This document shows positions 12,605-25,059 of a stretch of DNA of 64,000 nucleotides, one piece after another. The notes below the pieces were generated by a model. The model saw only the letters and a list, made by a program, of their open reading frames with translations. It ran no database searches and was not told the origin of the DNA. Source of the stretch: Mobula birostris (lineage: Eukaryota); assembly GCF_030028105.1 (NCBI RefSeq), contig NC_092401.1:7474984-7538983 (forward strand), given 5' to 3'. The translations under genes were made by a program, and so were the position numbers. How positions within the stretch are numbered: the first letter of the stretch is position 1; the number at the start of each line of letters is the position of its first letter.

Positions 12605-13552
12605 TAGAATTGTGATCAACATCTCCAAAATGCTCTCCCACTGAGAGACCTCACAACTGACCAGGTTCATTTCCCGATACCAGATCAAGTACAGCCTCTC
12701 CTGTTGTAGGCTTATCTACATATTGTGTCAAGAAAACTTCCGGAACACACCTAACAAACTCCGCCCCATCTAAACCCCTCATTCTAGGGAGATGCCAATC
12801 AATATTTGGGAAATTAAAATCTCCCACCACAACAACCCTGTTATTATTACACCTTTCCAGAATCTGTCTCCCTATCTGCTCCTCAATGTCCCTGTTATTA
12901 TTGGGTGGTCTATAAAAACAGCCAGTAGAGTTATTGACCCCTTCCTATTCCTAGCTTACACCCACAGAGACTCCGTAGACAATCCCTCCATGACTTCCTC
13001 CTTTTCTGCAGCCATGACACTATGTCTGATCAGCAGTGCTGTGCGCCCACCTCTTTTGGCTCCCTCCCTGTCCTTTCTGAAACATTTAAAGCCTGGCACT
13101 TGAAGTAACCATTCCTTCCCCTGAGCCATCCAAGTCTCTGTAATGGCCACAACATCATTGCTCCAAGTGTTGATCCACGCTCTAAGCTCCTCGCATTGAA
13201 ATAGACACATCTCAAACCATCCATCTGAGCGCATCCTTTCTCTACCACCTGCCTATCCTCCCTCTCACACTGCATGCAAGCTTCCTCTATTTGTGAGCCA
13301 ACCACCCTCTCCTCCATCTCTTCAGTTCGATTCCCACCCTCCCAGCAATTCTAATTTAAACTCTCCCCAATAGCCTTAGCAAACCTCCCCGCCAGGATAT
13401 TGCCCCCCCCCCCGCAAGGATTCAAATGCAATCCCTCCTTTTTGTACAGGTCAATCCTGCCCTAAAGGAGGTCCCAATGATCCAGAAATCTAAATCCCTG
13501 CCCCCTGCTCCAATTCCTCAGCCACACATTTATCCTTCACCTCATACTTTTC

Positions 13553-14152
13553 CTAAGGGGACCGTGCACAATCCTGATTTGATGGAGACAGACGTGAGAG
13601 CACAGCGGAACATCTGAAAAACTTCTGAAATTCCTGCTTTGCTACTGTGTGGTAACCGGAATCTCCGGAGCTGAAGGCCCCGAAATCTTCGGCTTTGCGT
13701 GTTTCAGCGGCCGGGGAGAGGTCGAGGGCGCTCGGCAGAGGATGGCACTCGGGAGGCTGTATCTGAGAGGCTGGTCAGAAGCTCGGAGTTTTCGGACGGA
13801 TGGACTCAGTGTCGGCTGTGGGCAGCTGCTTCCAAGGTATCGGCAAATTGACGGTGCCTGGAGGTTTATGGCAGGGAGTTTCTCCCTTTTGCCACCTGCT
13901 ATCGGGGACTCGGGAGTCGATCGACTCGGGACTTTGAGACTTTATTTACTATGCCTATGGTCTGTTCTTTATCAAATTATGGTATTGCTTTGCACTGCTG
14001 TAACTATATGTTATAATTATTGGTTCTGTCAGTGTTAGTCTTTGGCCTGTCTTGTTTTCTGTGATATCACTCCGGAGAAACATTGTATCATTTCTTAATG
14101 CATGTATGCATTTCGAAATGACAATAAAAGAGGACTGAGTGTTCTCATAATC
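13553..14152 (+). mobile_element. Non-autonomous retroposon family X, copy 2 (5'-truncated)
   Basis: Shares the GGGGCCGTGCACAATCCTGATTTGATGGAGACAGACGTG block and the 3' hairpin/tail. Confidence 0.75.
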
Positions 14153-15073
14153 TAACTCCTCGTAGTCTGTTTTCAGGACCTCCTCCCTTTTACTACCGAT
14201 GTGGTTGGTACCAATACGTACCATGACCTCTGGCTGTTCTCCTTCCCACTTCAGGAGCCCATGGACATGATCAGAAACATCCTGGACCCTGACACCTGGG
14301 AGGCAAACTACCATCCATGTTTCTTTCCTGCGTTCACAGAATCACCTGTCTGACCCCCTAACTACAGAGTCCCTAATCACTGCTGCCATTCTCTTCCTTT
14401 CCCTACCCTTGTGAGCCACAGGGCCAGACTCTGTGCTAGAGGAGTGACCACTGTTGTTTCCCCCAGGGAGGCCGTCTCCCCCAACAGTACTCAAACAGGA
14501 GTAGTTATTGTTAAGGGGGACAGCCACTGGGGTACTGTCTAGCATCTGCCTCTTGCCCTTCCCTCTCCTGACTGTTACCCACTTCTCTGTCTCCTGTGGT
14601 CCTGGGGTGCTATACCTGCCTATAGCTCCGCTCTATCGCCTCCGCATTTTCCCTGACCAGACGAAGGTCATCGAGCTGCAGCTCCAGTTCCCTAACCCAG
14701 TCCCTAAGGAGCTGCAGCTCGACGTACCTGGTTTAGATGTGGCCCTCCAGGAGGCTGGGAGTCTCCCGGACTTCCCACATCTGACACCAAGCACTGAAAA
14801 CCGGTCTCACACACATACTTCCTGTCTGTAATTTTACACGTAACGTACCTCGCCTCGACCCTTTATCGCCGAAACCCCGTTGAGCCAAAGACTTCCTGCT
14901 CTGTCTCCCACTACTCAGTCGCCCGCTCCTCCGACGCCCGCTGTATAAAGTTGTCTTCTTTTGAAACTCTTCCCACTGTTCTCACTGGCTGACCTCCACG
15001 CGCTTGCACAGACGTGCCCTGTTCAAACCGCTGAAGAAATATCTTTTAAATATTGTATTTGTACCTGCCTTTA

Positions 15074-18000
15074 GGTTCGTCCGTCGTCAACGTCGATGAA
15101 GAGCTCGACACTATTAGTCACTTTGAGACTGGATGCGGTGAGTCCAAAGATGAGTGGTCAGGCCAATTCGGGCACGGAATGTCCTGGCACATGCTGGGCA
15201 GACACATGTAGGCACTGCAGTTGTTGCGCTGGTGGCTCTGGACTTGCACAGCTCGTGCTTATGTTGTGCTTCAGCAGTGCGCCTTGCTTCATAACCCTGA
15301 CAGCCCTTGTGGATGAGGCCGTGCCAGGTAGGGCGGTTTTGTGCCAGCTTTTCCCAGGTGGTCGTGTCTATGTCAAGCCACTTCAGGGAGGCCTTTTAGT
15401 GTGTCCTTGTAAAGTTTCTTCCGCCCTCCATGCGAGCGCCTTCCAGCAGAGAGTTCCCCAAAAAGGAGCTGTTTGGGTATGTGCTCGTCCGGCATGCGGA
15501 TGACATGACCTGCCCACCGGGTCTGTGCTCTCATCAGCAGTGTGTGGACTGATGGTAGACTTGCTCTAGAGAGAACTTCAGTGTCTGGTACTTTATCAGC
15601 CATCTGATGCCTCATATTCTGCGAAGACAAGTCATGTGGAAGTGGTTGAGCTGTCTAACATGCCTTCGATACACAGTCCACGTTTCACAGGCATACAGGA
15701 GGGTAGCGAGTACCGCGGCTCTGTAGACCTTCAGTTTTGTTGCTGGACTGATTCCTCGACGTTCCCATACAGTGGAGCGCAGTCTACCGAAAGCAGAACT
15801 TGCCTTTGCTATTCTGCAGTTAACTTCTGTATCAATAGTCACTGCTCGGGAGAGGGTGCTGCCAAGGTCAGTAAACTGGTCCATCACCTGTAGTTTCTGT
15901 CCTTTGATTGTGATTTTGGGTTCTGTGTACGGTGCATGAGGGACAGGCTGCTGCATGACTTCGGTCTTTTTGATGTTGATGGTGAGTCCAAAGTTGTCAC
16001 AAGCCCTGGAGAATTTGTCCATATTGACTTGCATCTCCGGCTCCGAGCCGGCATACAGGGCGCAGTCATCGGCAAAGAGGAAGTCCCTCAGAACAGTCTC
16101 CTTCACATTGGTAATAGCCTGAAGTCTCCTCAGGTTGAAGAGCTTCCCATCCACTCTGTACTTGAGGCTGATTCCAGCATCACTGTCCTGGAAGGCATCA
16201 TTCAGCATGGCAGTAAACATCATGCTCAACAGTGTGGGTGCGAGCACAAAACCCTGTTTGACACCACTGGTGACTGGGAACGCCTCAGAGGATTCCCCGC
16301 CGTCCAGCACTCAGGCCATCATGGAACTGACGTACCAGCTGAATGAATCTAGCGGGGCAGCCGAACTTTGACATGATCCTCCGCAGGCCTTGTTGGCAGA
16401 CAGCGTCGGAGGCTTTCGTGAGGTCAACAAAAGCTGGGTAGAGTTCGTGATTCTGCTCCTGACACTTCTCCTGAAACTTCTCCTGAAGTTCCCGTGCGGC
16501 AAAAATCATGTCAATAGTCCCACGACCTTTGCGAAAGCCACACTGTGGCTCTGGCAGCAGGCCCAGCTCCAGATGAGTGACCAGACGATTTAGCAGGACT
16601 CTTGCAAGGGTTTTTCCTGCGATGGAGAGCAGCGAGATTCCTCGGTGGTTGTCGCATACTTGTCGATTGCCCTTCCTCTTGTAGAGGTGTAAGATGGATG
16701 CATCTTTAAGTTCCTGAGGAATGGATCCTTGCTTCCAGAAAGACTGGAACAACTCGGTGAGCTTCTCAATAAACACACGACCACCGGCTTTGTAGAACTC
16801 TGCAGGTATGGCGTCTGCCCCGGGGCTTTGCCACTGGATAGCTGGCTGACAGCTTCCGTGACTTCGGCTACTACCGGTGGGTTATCCATGGCGCTGTTGA
16901 TGTCGACCTGGGGAATCCTGTCTATCGCCTCATCGTTAATAGATGACGGTCGGTTGAGGACGGCATCAAAGTGTTCAGCCCGTCTCTGCAGGATCTGAGC
17001 CTTCTCTGTAATGAGAGTTGTACCTTCTATACTCAGGAGGGGGGAACTCCCAATAGACTGAGGTCCGTAGAGAGTGCTGAGGGCTTCATAGAATCGTTTC
17101 AACTCGTTTCTGTCAGCGTATCCCTGTATTACATCTGCCTTGGCGCTCAGCCAGGCATCTTGCTTCTTACGCAGTTTATTCTGGACTGTCCTGCGAACAC
17201 TGGTAAAGGCGTTTTTCTTGGCAGCTGACGATGGATCGTTCTGGTGGGCACGATGAAGGCGGTACTTTTCAACAAGTAGAGCCTGTATCTCCTCATCATT
17301 CTCATCGAACCAGTCGTGCTGCTTGCGGGTAGAGAGCCCTAGCATCTTCAGTGCAGATGAATGGACAGCATCCCTGAAGCGATCCCAGTCGTCCACAGCG
17401 CTGCCTGCAAGGTGTAGGCTGCAAGCTTGGTTTCTAAATCTTCAGCCAGTGCTGAAGCAATGCTGGAGTTCTTCAGCCTGGCCACGTTGATTCTTTTCAT
17501 AGCCTTGCTTCCTCTTGAGTCTGATGTGGAGCTTCATTTTGGAGACAATGAGCCTGTGATCTGTCCAGCAGTCAGCACCACACATGGCCTTGGTCACTCT
17601 GACATCCTGCCTGTCTTTTCTCCTGACAGTGACATAGTGGATAAGATGCCAGTGCTTAGAACGGGGGTGCATCCAGGAGGTCTTGTTATGGGTAGGCAGG
17701 TGGAAAGTTGTGTTGGTGATGAGGAGGTGTGTGCTGCACAGGTCTTCAGTAAGGGTAGGCCGTTACTGTTATATTTGCCCACTCCATGTCTCCCAATGAC
17801 ACCCTGCCAGGCTGCAGAGTCGCACCCTACTCTTGCATTGAAGTCGCCGAGCAAGATCAGCTTGTCGGTGCTGCCCACTGCAGACAGTTGGGCGTCTAGT
17901 TCTTCATAGAACCTGTCTTTTGTCACGTCTGGGTTGGTCATTGTGGGGGCATAGGCGCTGATCAGGGTGGCTTGACTTCTGTTCTGTAGCGGAAGCTGTA

Positions 18001-19150
18001 GTGTCATGAACCGGTCATTCACGTCCTCCGGGAGACTAGCAAGTTTCCGAACAAGGTGACTCCTGACGGTGAATCCGACTCCAGCATCACGACGCTCATC
18101 GCTGCCGCGACCGCTCCAGAAAAAGTGTATCCACCTCCAGGTTCAGTCAGCTGACCCACGTTGGCAAGACGAGTCTCACTCAGGGCTGCAATGCCAATGT
18201 TGTATCTTGCAAGCTCTCTGGCAACTAAGGCTGTTCCTCTCTCTGGCCTGTTTGCTGCCGAGTTGTCCAATAGCGTGCGCACCTTCCAAGTGCCAATGGT
18301 GAGCGGTATCACCTTGCGTTTTGTTGTGTTTGTTCGGCCGCCAAGACGTGATCCCCGCCAGCTGTGGTAAACTGGCCAGGGTGTAATGAAGCAGGAAACC
18401 TTTTCTAGCCCCTTCTTCATACTACGGAGGTGAGCGGTGCGTTCCTAAAGAGGGCTGCTCAGTCGCCCAGCTAGACGCCGAGTTTCACTGCTGCTTGGGT
18501 CAGCGAGAAACGACCTTTAGACCTGAGCCGCCTGTTTGCAGGTCCGTGACTACAGCTCCTGGTGTATCCACACCTGCTGCTTCGCCACTCGCCCACCGCC
18601 ACAGGACTTCACAGGTTAGAGGGTGATGATGATGGTGATGATGGTGTCGAGACCAGCGCTTGATTTGGATTTAAGTGAGGGAGAGTTGCGCAGTGTCAGC
18701 CTCACTCTCTCTTCCCAATTCCCATCTGGGTCCAGTGGTAAGACAGCGTCGAGACGGCTAGAGATGAGACTAGGTGCAGTGGATGACCAGGACGTCTTCT
18801 GTGTCTTGTCCTGCTCTACACGTTCCACGATGCTTGCAGAGGCCGCCTTCTTGACCGTTGGACCTTCCATTGGTCTCGTCCGCTCAATCCGCCGGAGTCT
18901 GTCTTCACATGCTGGGATAGACAACTCCCTACCTCACCGAGGGTTTGCGACCCGTCGGCTACCCTCAACTGGTTTAGCCGGCTTGTCGAAGCCGTTGCCC
19001 GGGGTGTGGCCGCTGTCGCATGCAAACAGCTACGGGGAGCCACAGGTGAGAGCTGAGTGCCAGGTGGGGACCAAAGGTGGGCTAACCGCCCTGAAAAGGA
19101 CGCGACATGTTCCCCCACCAGAGGTGCTACCCCTCCCTGACACCCCATAG
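15074..19150 (-). mobile_element. Near full-length RTE-clade (BovB-like) LINE, frameshifted
   Basis: EN LTIGTW.VRTL, IAALSETR, LISAYAPT, ILLGDFNARVG; RT NHRGISLLS, FVDLTKA.D.V, GVKQG.VLAP, FLFADDCAL; 10-bp TSD CCTGCCTTTA at 15064-15073 and 19151-19160. Confidence 0.92.
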
Positions 19151-19221
19151 CCTGCCTTTAACACTTCCACTGGCAGCTCGTTCCATTTATGCACCGCTCT
19201 CTGCACGAAGATATTGCCTCT

Positions 19222-19525
19222 CTTAGTCACTGCCCGTTATGCTGTTGGCGTTTAGGGTAGCAATGGAGGTCCTCCATCTCTGTCTGTCCATACCGTCACA
19301 CACAGCTATAGAATGAGTCTTCATTGCTGTTTCTGCCACTATTCTTTTTGACTAGTCAGGGTTGTTAGCCCTGAGATGAAGCCCTGAACCGGTGGACCAC
19401 ACTTAGTCTGTCCTCTACCCTTTGACCTGTTTGGCATGAGTGACCCTACCAGGAGCCAAAGTACAGGGCCCTGACTCCAGCCAGTGTCGCTCTCCTGGTC
19501 ATTGAGGCACACAGGTCTTCAATCT
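19222..19525 (-). mobile_element. RTE-derived short non-autonomous element (SINE-like)
   Basis: Resembles a fusion of an RTE/Expander-type 5' UTR and an RTE 3' end; inserted within CR1 3' fragments. Confidence 0.5.
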
Positions 19526-19529
19526 CTAC

Positions 19530-20215
19530 AAGGTTATGATCATCTTGCAGGACATTGCCTCTCAGTTCCCCTTTAAATCTTTCTTTTCTCATTTTAACTC
19601 CATGCCGTCCAGAGCATTTTAACTCTATGCTGGAGAAAAGACTATGGCCATTCACTCTATCTATGCCCCTCTTGATTTTATAAACCCTTATTGAACCATA
19701 TTGGATTGACCGTGCGAATATAGCAAGTGATCGGGCACGGAATCAGTCGGGCCTCCTACATGTGGGTGGCTCTCTTCCTCGGCTTGGGCTTCCAAGTGCA
19801 TGTGTTTCTGTCTCGGCGGGCTCAGTTCACCACTTCCCAGCAAGTTGCCCAGCGAGTACCGGGCCTAACGATTCAGTAAGAACGTTTAAACATATGACTC
19901 CACTGTGGTCCTTGCTCTGTGCCTACGTAACCTCTAGAAGGTCACCCTCAGCCCTCTATTCCTCAGTGGAAACATTCTGGCTTATCCAGCCTCTCCTTAC
20001 AACTCAAACCCTCCAGTCCCAGTAACATAGTTGAAAAATTGTTTTTGCACCCTTCCCAGTCTATTGGCACGCTTCCTAAGGCAGCACAACCCAAAACTAA
20101 AGGTGGTACTCCAAATGTGGCCTTACCAATGTTTTATGCAGCTGCGAAAGTGACGGCTAAACCCCTGTACTCAATACCTTGACTGGTGAGTCACAGATTG
20201 ACCTTATCTTCTGGG
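19530..20215 (-). mobile_element. CR1 3' fragments (discontinuous)
   Basis: CR1 C-terminal coding remnants at about 19530-19690 and 19930-20215. Confidence 0.6.
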
Positions 20216-20410
20216 GACAGTAACACTTTGAGGGACAACTCAGTGAAGAACATAATGTTGTTGAGCTGATCTAACCGAGCCTTTTCGACAGTGTCAAGGT
20301 GCAGTCCCTTACACTGAAAGGAACCTTACTAGATGACAGCAGAAGAAAGAGACAGGGGGGAATGTTGTGAAGGAGAAAGTTTCCCCAAGATTTGTATTTA
20401 ATCGTGCTTC

Positions 20411-21459
20411 TGTCGTAAGGGTGGACCCAAGTGCAAGACACGGACACTAAAGTACTAGGAACAGCACTCGGTGTGTCAAGAAAGCAAGGGAAGTGGGGAA
20501 GGAAGGACACTGGACATTGACACAGGCCCTGGACGAGACTAGGATGCAGGGCCTGGGCTAGGACATGGACAAGGAACACGGAACCCGGACAAGGAGCTAG
20601 GAACAAGGAGCCTGGACTAGGGACACAGGACTCCGAAACTAGAGCCTGGACAAGGACCTGGAACCTGGGTCTTGGTTAGGACTAGGAACCTAGGTCTTGA
20701 CTCGGAACCGGAATCCGGGTTTAGGCTAGGACAAGATGTGGCTACAGGTTGTGGCGTGGCTACAGGACTGGACGTGAGACTCCTGGACAGGACAAGGGAA
20801 CTCTAGCACTGGACAAGGGAACTCCAGCACAGGGCTGGGTGAGGCACATGGACAGAACGAGAACACGAATCCTTGATTTGGTCTTGGGAGACTGGAACCT
20901 CGGAGCCTTGGACTTGGAACTCAGGAACATGGAACACAGAGCCAGGACCCCTCCTTGGGAGCAGGACATAGGGCCGGGCCTTGTACACAGCACACAGAGC
21001 CAGGACTCTCTCCTTGGGAACGGGACCAAGGGCCGAGGCTATTTCTATACACAGAACACTGAACATGAAGAGACAGTTCTCCAATCAGGGTAGCGGCAAA
21101 CAGCCGGGCCTACCTAGCGAAGGCGAGGACACAGAGAGACAACTCCAAACAATGACAGACTGTTCCTTATCTTAACACAGCAAGGCCCCAGTCTTGCTCT
21201 GGCGGTTGAACCTGACGGCGTTACAGACAAAGGTTGCAGGTGAGGCTTCAGAAGGAAAAGAAGGGGAAGAGAAGGGAACAGTCCAGCAAACAATCCCTGG
21301 TTTGCAGAGGTATTAATGTGCCAGACCGAAATGAGAATCAGGTGCCTCAATTAAACAAAGCACCCAACAGAACAAGGGAGAAAACAGGAAAACCGGGAAC
21401 AAGGATCAATGGACTGGACCGTGAACTGGCATGCAGCCTTTATGGACCGGACCATGACA
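20411..21459 (-). mobile_element. Solo LTR related to the mini-element LTRs
   Basis: TGTC...TGACA ends; perfect 5-bp TSD GCTTC (20406-20410, 21460-21464). Confidence 0.9.
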
Positions 21460-21564
21460 GCTTCACTATTAAATTATAATACTTTACTTCAATAAATCTA
21501 CTTTCACAAATATTTACAAAGTAAGTCTTTATTATATCATTACAGAACACTTGCTTAGTTATAG

Positions 21565-22115
21565 ATAGAGTCATAGAAAAATACAGCCTGAAACAGGACC
21601 TTTGGACCATCCATTCTGTGCCAAACCATTCAATCTGCTTACTCCTATCAACCTGCACCAGGACCTGAGCCCGCTACCTATGCCACCACTTGTGCTGGCA
21701 CCTTGTTCTGCACTCTCACGGCTCTCTCAGTGAAGGAGTTTCCCCACACATTCCCCTTCAACTTTTTACCTTTCACCCTTAACCCATGACCTTAGAGGAA
21801 AACCTCAGAAAAAAAGCCTCCATACGTTCACTGTATCTGTACCCCTAATAATTTTGTGTTGCTGTTCCTTTCCACATCTTGCGACACATCGGGTGGCAGT
21901 TTTGCCATTTCCTTAGCATCTACTGTTTTTAACAAGTCCAAGGTGCTGGCTTGACGCTCAATCTGGCACAGATGGAAAGTGCGTGAGGAGCTGGCCGGAT
22001 TTGAACTCGGGGGCCATTTGCCTTGAAGTCCAGTGCTGATGCCACTACACCACCAGCCAGCAATTATTTTGTATACCTTTATCAAATCTTCCCTCAATCT
22101 TCCCATGTTCCAAGG
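21565..22115 (-). mobile_element. CR1 3' fragment interrupted by a SINE
   Basis: CR1 3' UTR and tail plus LREDLIKVYKI remnant. Confidence 0.7.
21858..22061 (-). mobile_element. tRNA-derived SINE (about 205 bp)
   Basis: A box TGGTGTAGTGG (22042-22052), B box GAGTTCAAATCC (21997-22008), tail GGAACAGCAAC; 11-bp TSD AATAATTTTGT/AATTATTTTGT. Confidence 0.8.
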
Positions 22116-22137
22116 CATAAGTACAATAAAATATGTC

Positions 22138-22143
22138 TTTATT
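22138..22143 (-). terminator. Candidate polyadenylation signal (AATAAA) of the ICAM-family gene
   Basis: AATAAA on minus about 880 nt after the stop codon, in AT-rich sequence. Unverified. Confidence 0.35.
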
Positions 22144-22289
22144 GAAAAATAGGAGTATTTTTATAAAATATACAGCATCTACTCAGAAACTACAGTCATT
22201 AAAGCTTAGATCTAACTGCTTGCAAAAGGCACAAACAGTATCACAACAGAAACAAATTATGGTACGGTGTAAGTAACCATTACTAAATA

Positions 22290-22843
22290 CACAAGAGGTC
22301 ACTTTATTAGTGACCACCTGAACCTAACGAAGTAGCTAATGAGTGTACGTTCATGATCTTAAGCTGCTGTAGCTCACCCACTCCAACGTTCGACATGTGC
22401 ATTCAGGGAAGCTCTTCTGCACACCACTGCTGTAATATGTGGCTATTCGTCGCATTTCTGCCAGCTTGTCAACCACTGTGGCCATTCTCCTCTGACCTCT
22501 CATTAACAAGATGTTCTCATCCACAGAACTGCCACTCAATGGATGTTTCTTTTTCGTTTCCTGCACCATTCTCTGTAAACTCTAAAAACTGTTGTGCATA
22601 AAAAACCCAAGGAGATCAGCAGTTTCTGAGATACTCAAACCACCTCGTCTGGCACCAATAATCATTCCATGGTCAAAGTCACTCAGATCACATTTCTTCC
22701 CCCATTCTGATGTTTGGTCTGAACAACAACTGAACCTCTTGACCATGTCTGTGTGCTTTTATGGATTAAGTTGCTGCCACAATGTCGGCTGATGAGATAT
22801 TCGATTAACAAGCAGGTGTACCTAATAAGGAGGCCATTGAGTG
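22290..22843 (-). mobile_element. Non-autonomous Tc1 derivative (paired-domain remnant), in the putative 3' UTR
   Basis: TA flanks; imperfect TIRs CACAAGAGGTCACTTTATTAG / CTAATAAGGAGGCCATTGAGTG; MGKKCDLSDF-like remnant. Related copies at about 41060-41515 and 53150-54010. Confidence 0.8.
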
Positions 22844-23020
22844 TATGTGTCCACTTGGTCCTTTGCAAATATATTATGAAATACTAAGTAATGGCAAATT
22901 CTAAGGATTGGGAATAATATCATCAATGACAATTGGAACATTGTGGCATCTTACAGAACCAGCAGTTTTTAATACCATTTGTATTGGTTGACTTTGTTTG
23001 CAGTTTGCTATGTTCCAGCT

Positions 23021-23202
23021 TCAGAGTCCCTGGACTAGAAGAATATTGTTCTGATGTTCATTATTGTTGTTGGCCTTTGCATTTGATACCTCATAATTTC
23101 CTGTTTTAGATGCTCTGTGCTTCTTGTAGCACATGAATCCCAACAGCAGCAGTATAATTGCTATGATGATTAAGTAATACATCCAATTCTTCCACATTTT
23201 AC
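23021..23202 (-). CDS. ICAM-family gene, exon 6 (transmembrane segment and cytoplasmic tail)
   Basis: Acceptor TTCAACAG|GT. Hydrophobic YYLIIIAIILLLLGFMCY, basic KKHR, then KTGNYEV (resembles the VCAM1 KGSYSL tail motif), TGA stop. Total CDS 1392 nt, in frame. Confidence 0.88.
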
Positions 23203-23329
23203 CTGTTGAACATTCATAAAAGCTGTTACACAATTGTCAACAGTTCCAGGTAAATATATTTATTGTAAAACCCTGATCCTTTCAACATTCTATGAGCTTT
23301 GCCTGATTTCATAATGCAACCAGACTCTA

Positions 23330-23755
23330 TATGCAAGTTGATTTCTTGAACCTCTGGTAATTGCCCCCACCTTCCTCTCCTTCACTATTCTCCCATTCTT
23401 GTTTCCCTCTCTCACCTTATCTCCTTACCTGTCCATCACCTCCCTCTGGTGCTTCTCCCCTTCCCGTTCTTCCATGGTCTTCTGTCCTCTCCTATCGGGT
23501 TCCTCCTTCTCCGGCCTTTCATCTCTTCCACCAATCAACTTTTCAGCTCTTCACTTCACCCCTCCCCCTCTCCCAGTTTCACCTATCAGCTGCCACTTTG
23601 GACTACTTTCAACCCTCTCCACTCCTTCTTACTCTGACTTCTTCCCTTGACTTCTTTCCATTCTGGTGAAGGGTCTGGGACTGAAATGTCGACTGTTTAT
23701 TCCCATCCATAGATGCCCTCTGACCTGTTAAGCTTCTCCAGCACATTGCATGTAT
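23330..23755 (+). mobile_element. Degenerate Penelope 3' UTR/pLTR
   Basis: Pyrimidine-rich tract, then hammerhead remnant and pLTR terminus, as in 62478-63710. Confidence 0.7.
23658..23695 (+). ncRNA. Degenerate hammerhead remnant
   Basis: CCATT-CTGGTGA-AGGGTCTGGGACT-GAAATGTC-GACTG. Confidence 0.55.
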
Positions 23756-24228
23756 CGCTCCATATGCCGGTCCCATGTTTTCTCACTTACAAACACATTC
23801 CTTACGATAAATAACAACATCATCGTTTACTTACACACTTACATAATGCTTTACAAAGTACCTTTTGAGGAGTAATACACATACAACACTGGAGGAACTT
23901 AGCAGGTCAAACAGCATCTATGTGAGGAAATGAACAGAGGACCAGGTTGAAAACCTGGGTGATTAATACTCAATACTCAAGACAGGTAGATGTGCTGAAC
24001 CTCTGTTGAAAGCTTACAATGCAATATTTGCAATTTATCCACTGATGTATTGTACACAACAATTTCATGTTGTTTCAAAAAAACATGTTGCACCATTTAA
24101 TTTAACCTGATTCAGCTTTTTTTCCCCAAAATAAGCTAAATATTGAAAGCTCTACTGTAGAAGTATGGGTTAAAAGGGTTAAAAGACATTTGTGTCCTTA
24201 CAGTAAGAAGCTTTTTCAGTATTGATTA

Positions 24229-25059
24229 CACTGGACAACAAAGATTTTGCTTCCTGAATACTTTTGGGCGTATCTTATGGATCGTGGGCTGCTGATCATG
24301 AAAATTTCCCCATAATGTACTATTTTTTAAAGTAAATCACCCATATTGGTTATTTCAATTTATAATTCAAATCAGAATAACAGACGCCAAGATTGAGAAA
24401 AGCAATTTTGTTGGTCTGCAAATCAAATAGGTCACCAATTTGAAGAATTTCTAGTGGGATCGGAGAAAATCACATGTTCGGCATTCAAGGATGTTGTTGA
24501 AAACTTTCCTGGCAACTACAGAGCACCAAACTATGTGCACCTGATTAACAACATGCTTCAAGCATGCAGAACCATGAAGTGCAGCATGTCACTAAAGATT
24601 CATTTTCAGCAGTCCCACTTAGATTTCTTCCCTGCAAACTCTAGTGTTGCCAGTGACGAGCATGGTGAAAGGTTTCACCAGGACATTGCGGTCATGGAGA
24701 AACGGTATCAGGGCAACTGGAATCCATCAATGCTGGCTGATTATTGTTGAACACAAGTGAGAAGCCTCAGACACTGAGTACAAACGAAAATCATCAACAA
24801 AATATTCTTAGCTTATTTGAACTAGTGCAAAGAGCCAGCACCGTAATGCAATGGAATGCATTATATTCAATAAAAGTTAATCAGAATTAGAATCAGGTTT
24901 ATTATCACTGGCATGTGTCGTGAAATTTGTTGTTTCTTGTTCCTCCAAATTCTTATGTGATACAAGTAGTCTGAAATTATACTTGTGTTCAGTTTCAAGC
25001 GGTCTATCATAAAAAAAACAAGGGAGCAACAGTTTTGAAAAAAAATTTGTTGTCCAGTG
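24229..25059 (+). mobile_element. Internally deleted DNA transposon, probably Chapaev3 (CMC superfamily)
   Basis: Perfect 14-bp TIR CACTGGACAACAAA; TTA TSD; transposase C-terminus SLKIHF..SHLDFFP.N..V.SDEHGERFHQDI..MEKRYQG.W..SMLADYC. Family name is from recall. Confidence 0.75.

Larger units (their letters stand above)
7620..15045 (-). mobile_element. Near full-length CR1 LINE (ORF1 esterase, ORF2 endonuclease and RT) split by three insertions
   Basis: ORF1 SGNH-like CLPG.RVQDV...EQPEVMVRIGTN (13955-14314); EN CVYFNARS, VAITETW; RT NYRPLSLTS, SQHGFV, FADDTK. Sequence is continuous across insertions at 9822-10463, 10490-12604 and 13553-14152. Confidence 0.9.

Noticed and set aside
18900-19150. 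HDV-like ribozyme at the RTE 5' end
   Set aside because: Tried P1/P3/L3 registers around TCCCCAC and TCCCCGTA; none gave consistent P1.1, P2 and J4/2.
18623-19150. 175-aa plus-strand ORF
   Set aside because: Antisense to the RTE 5' UTR; GC-rich low-information sequence.
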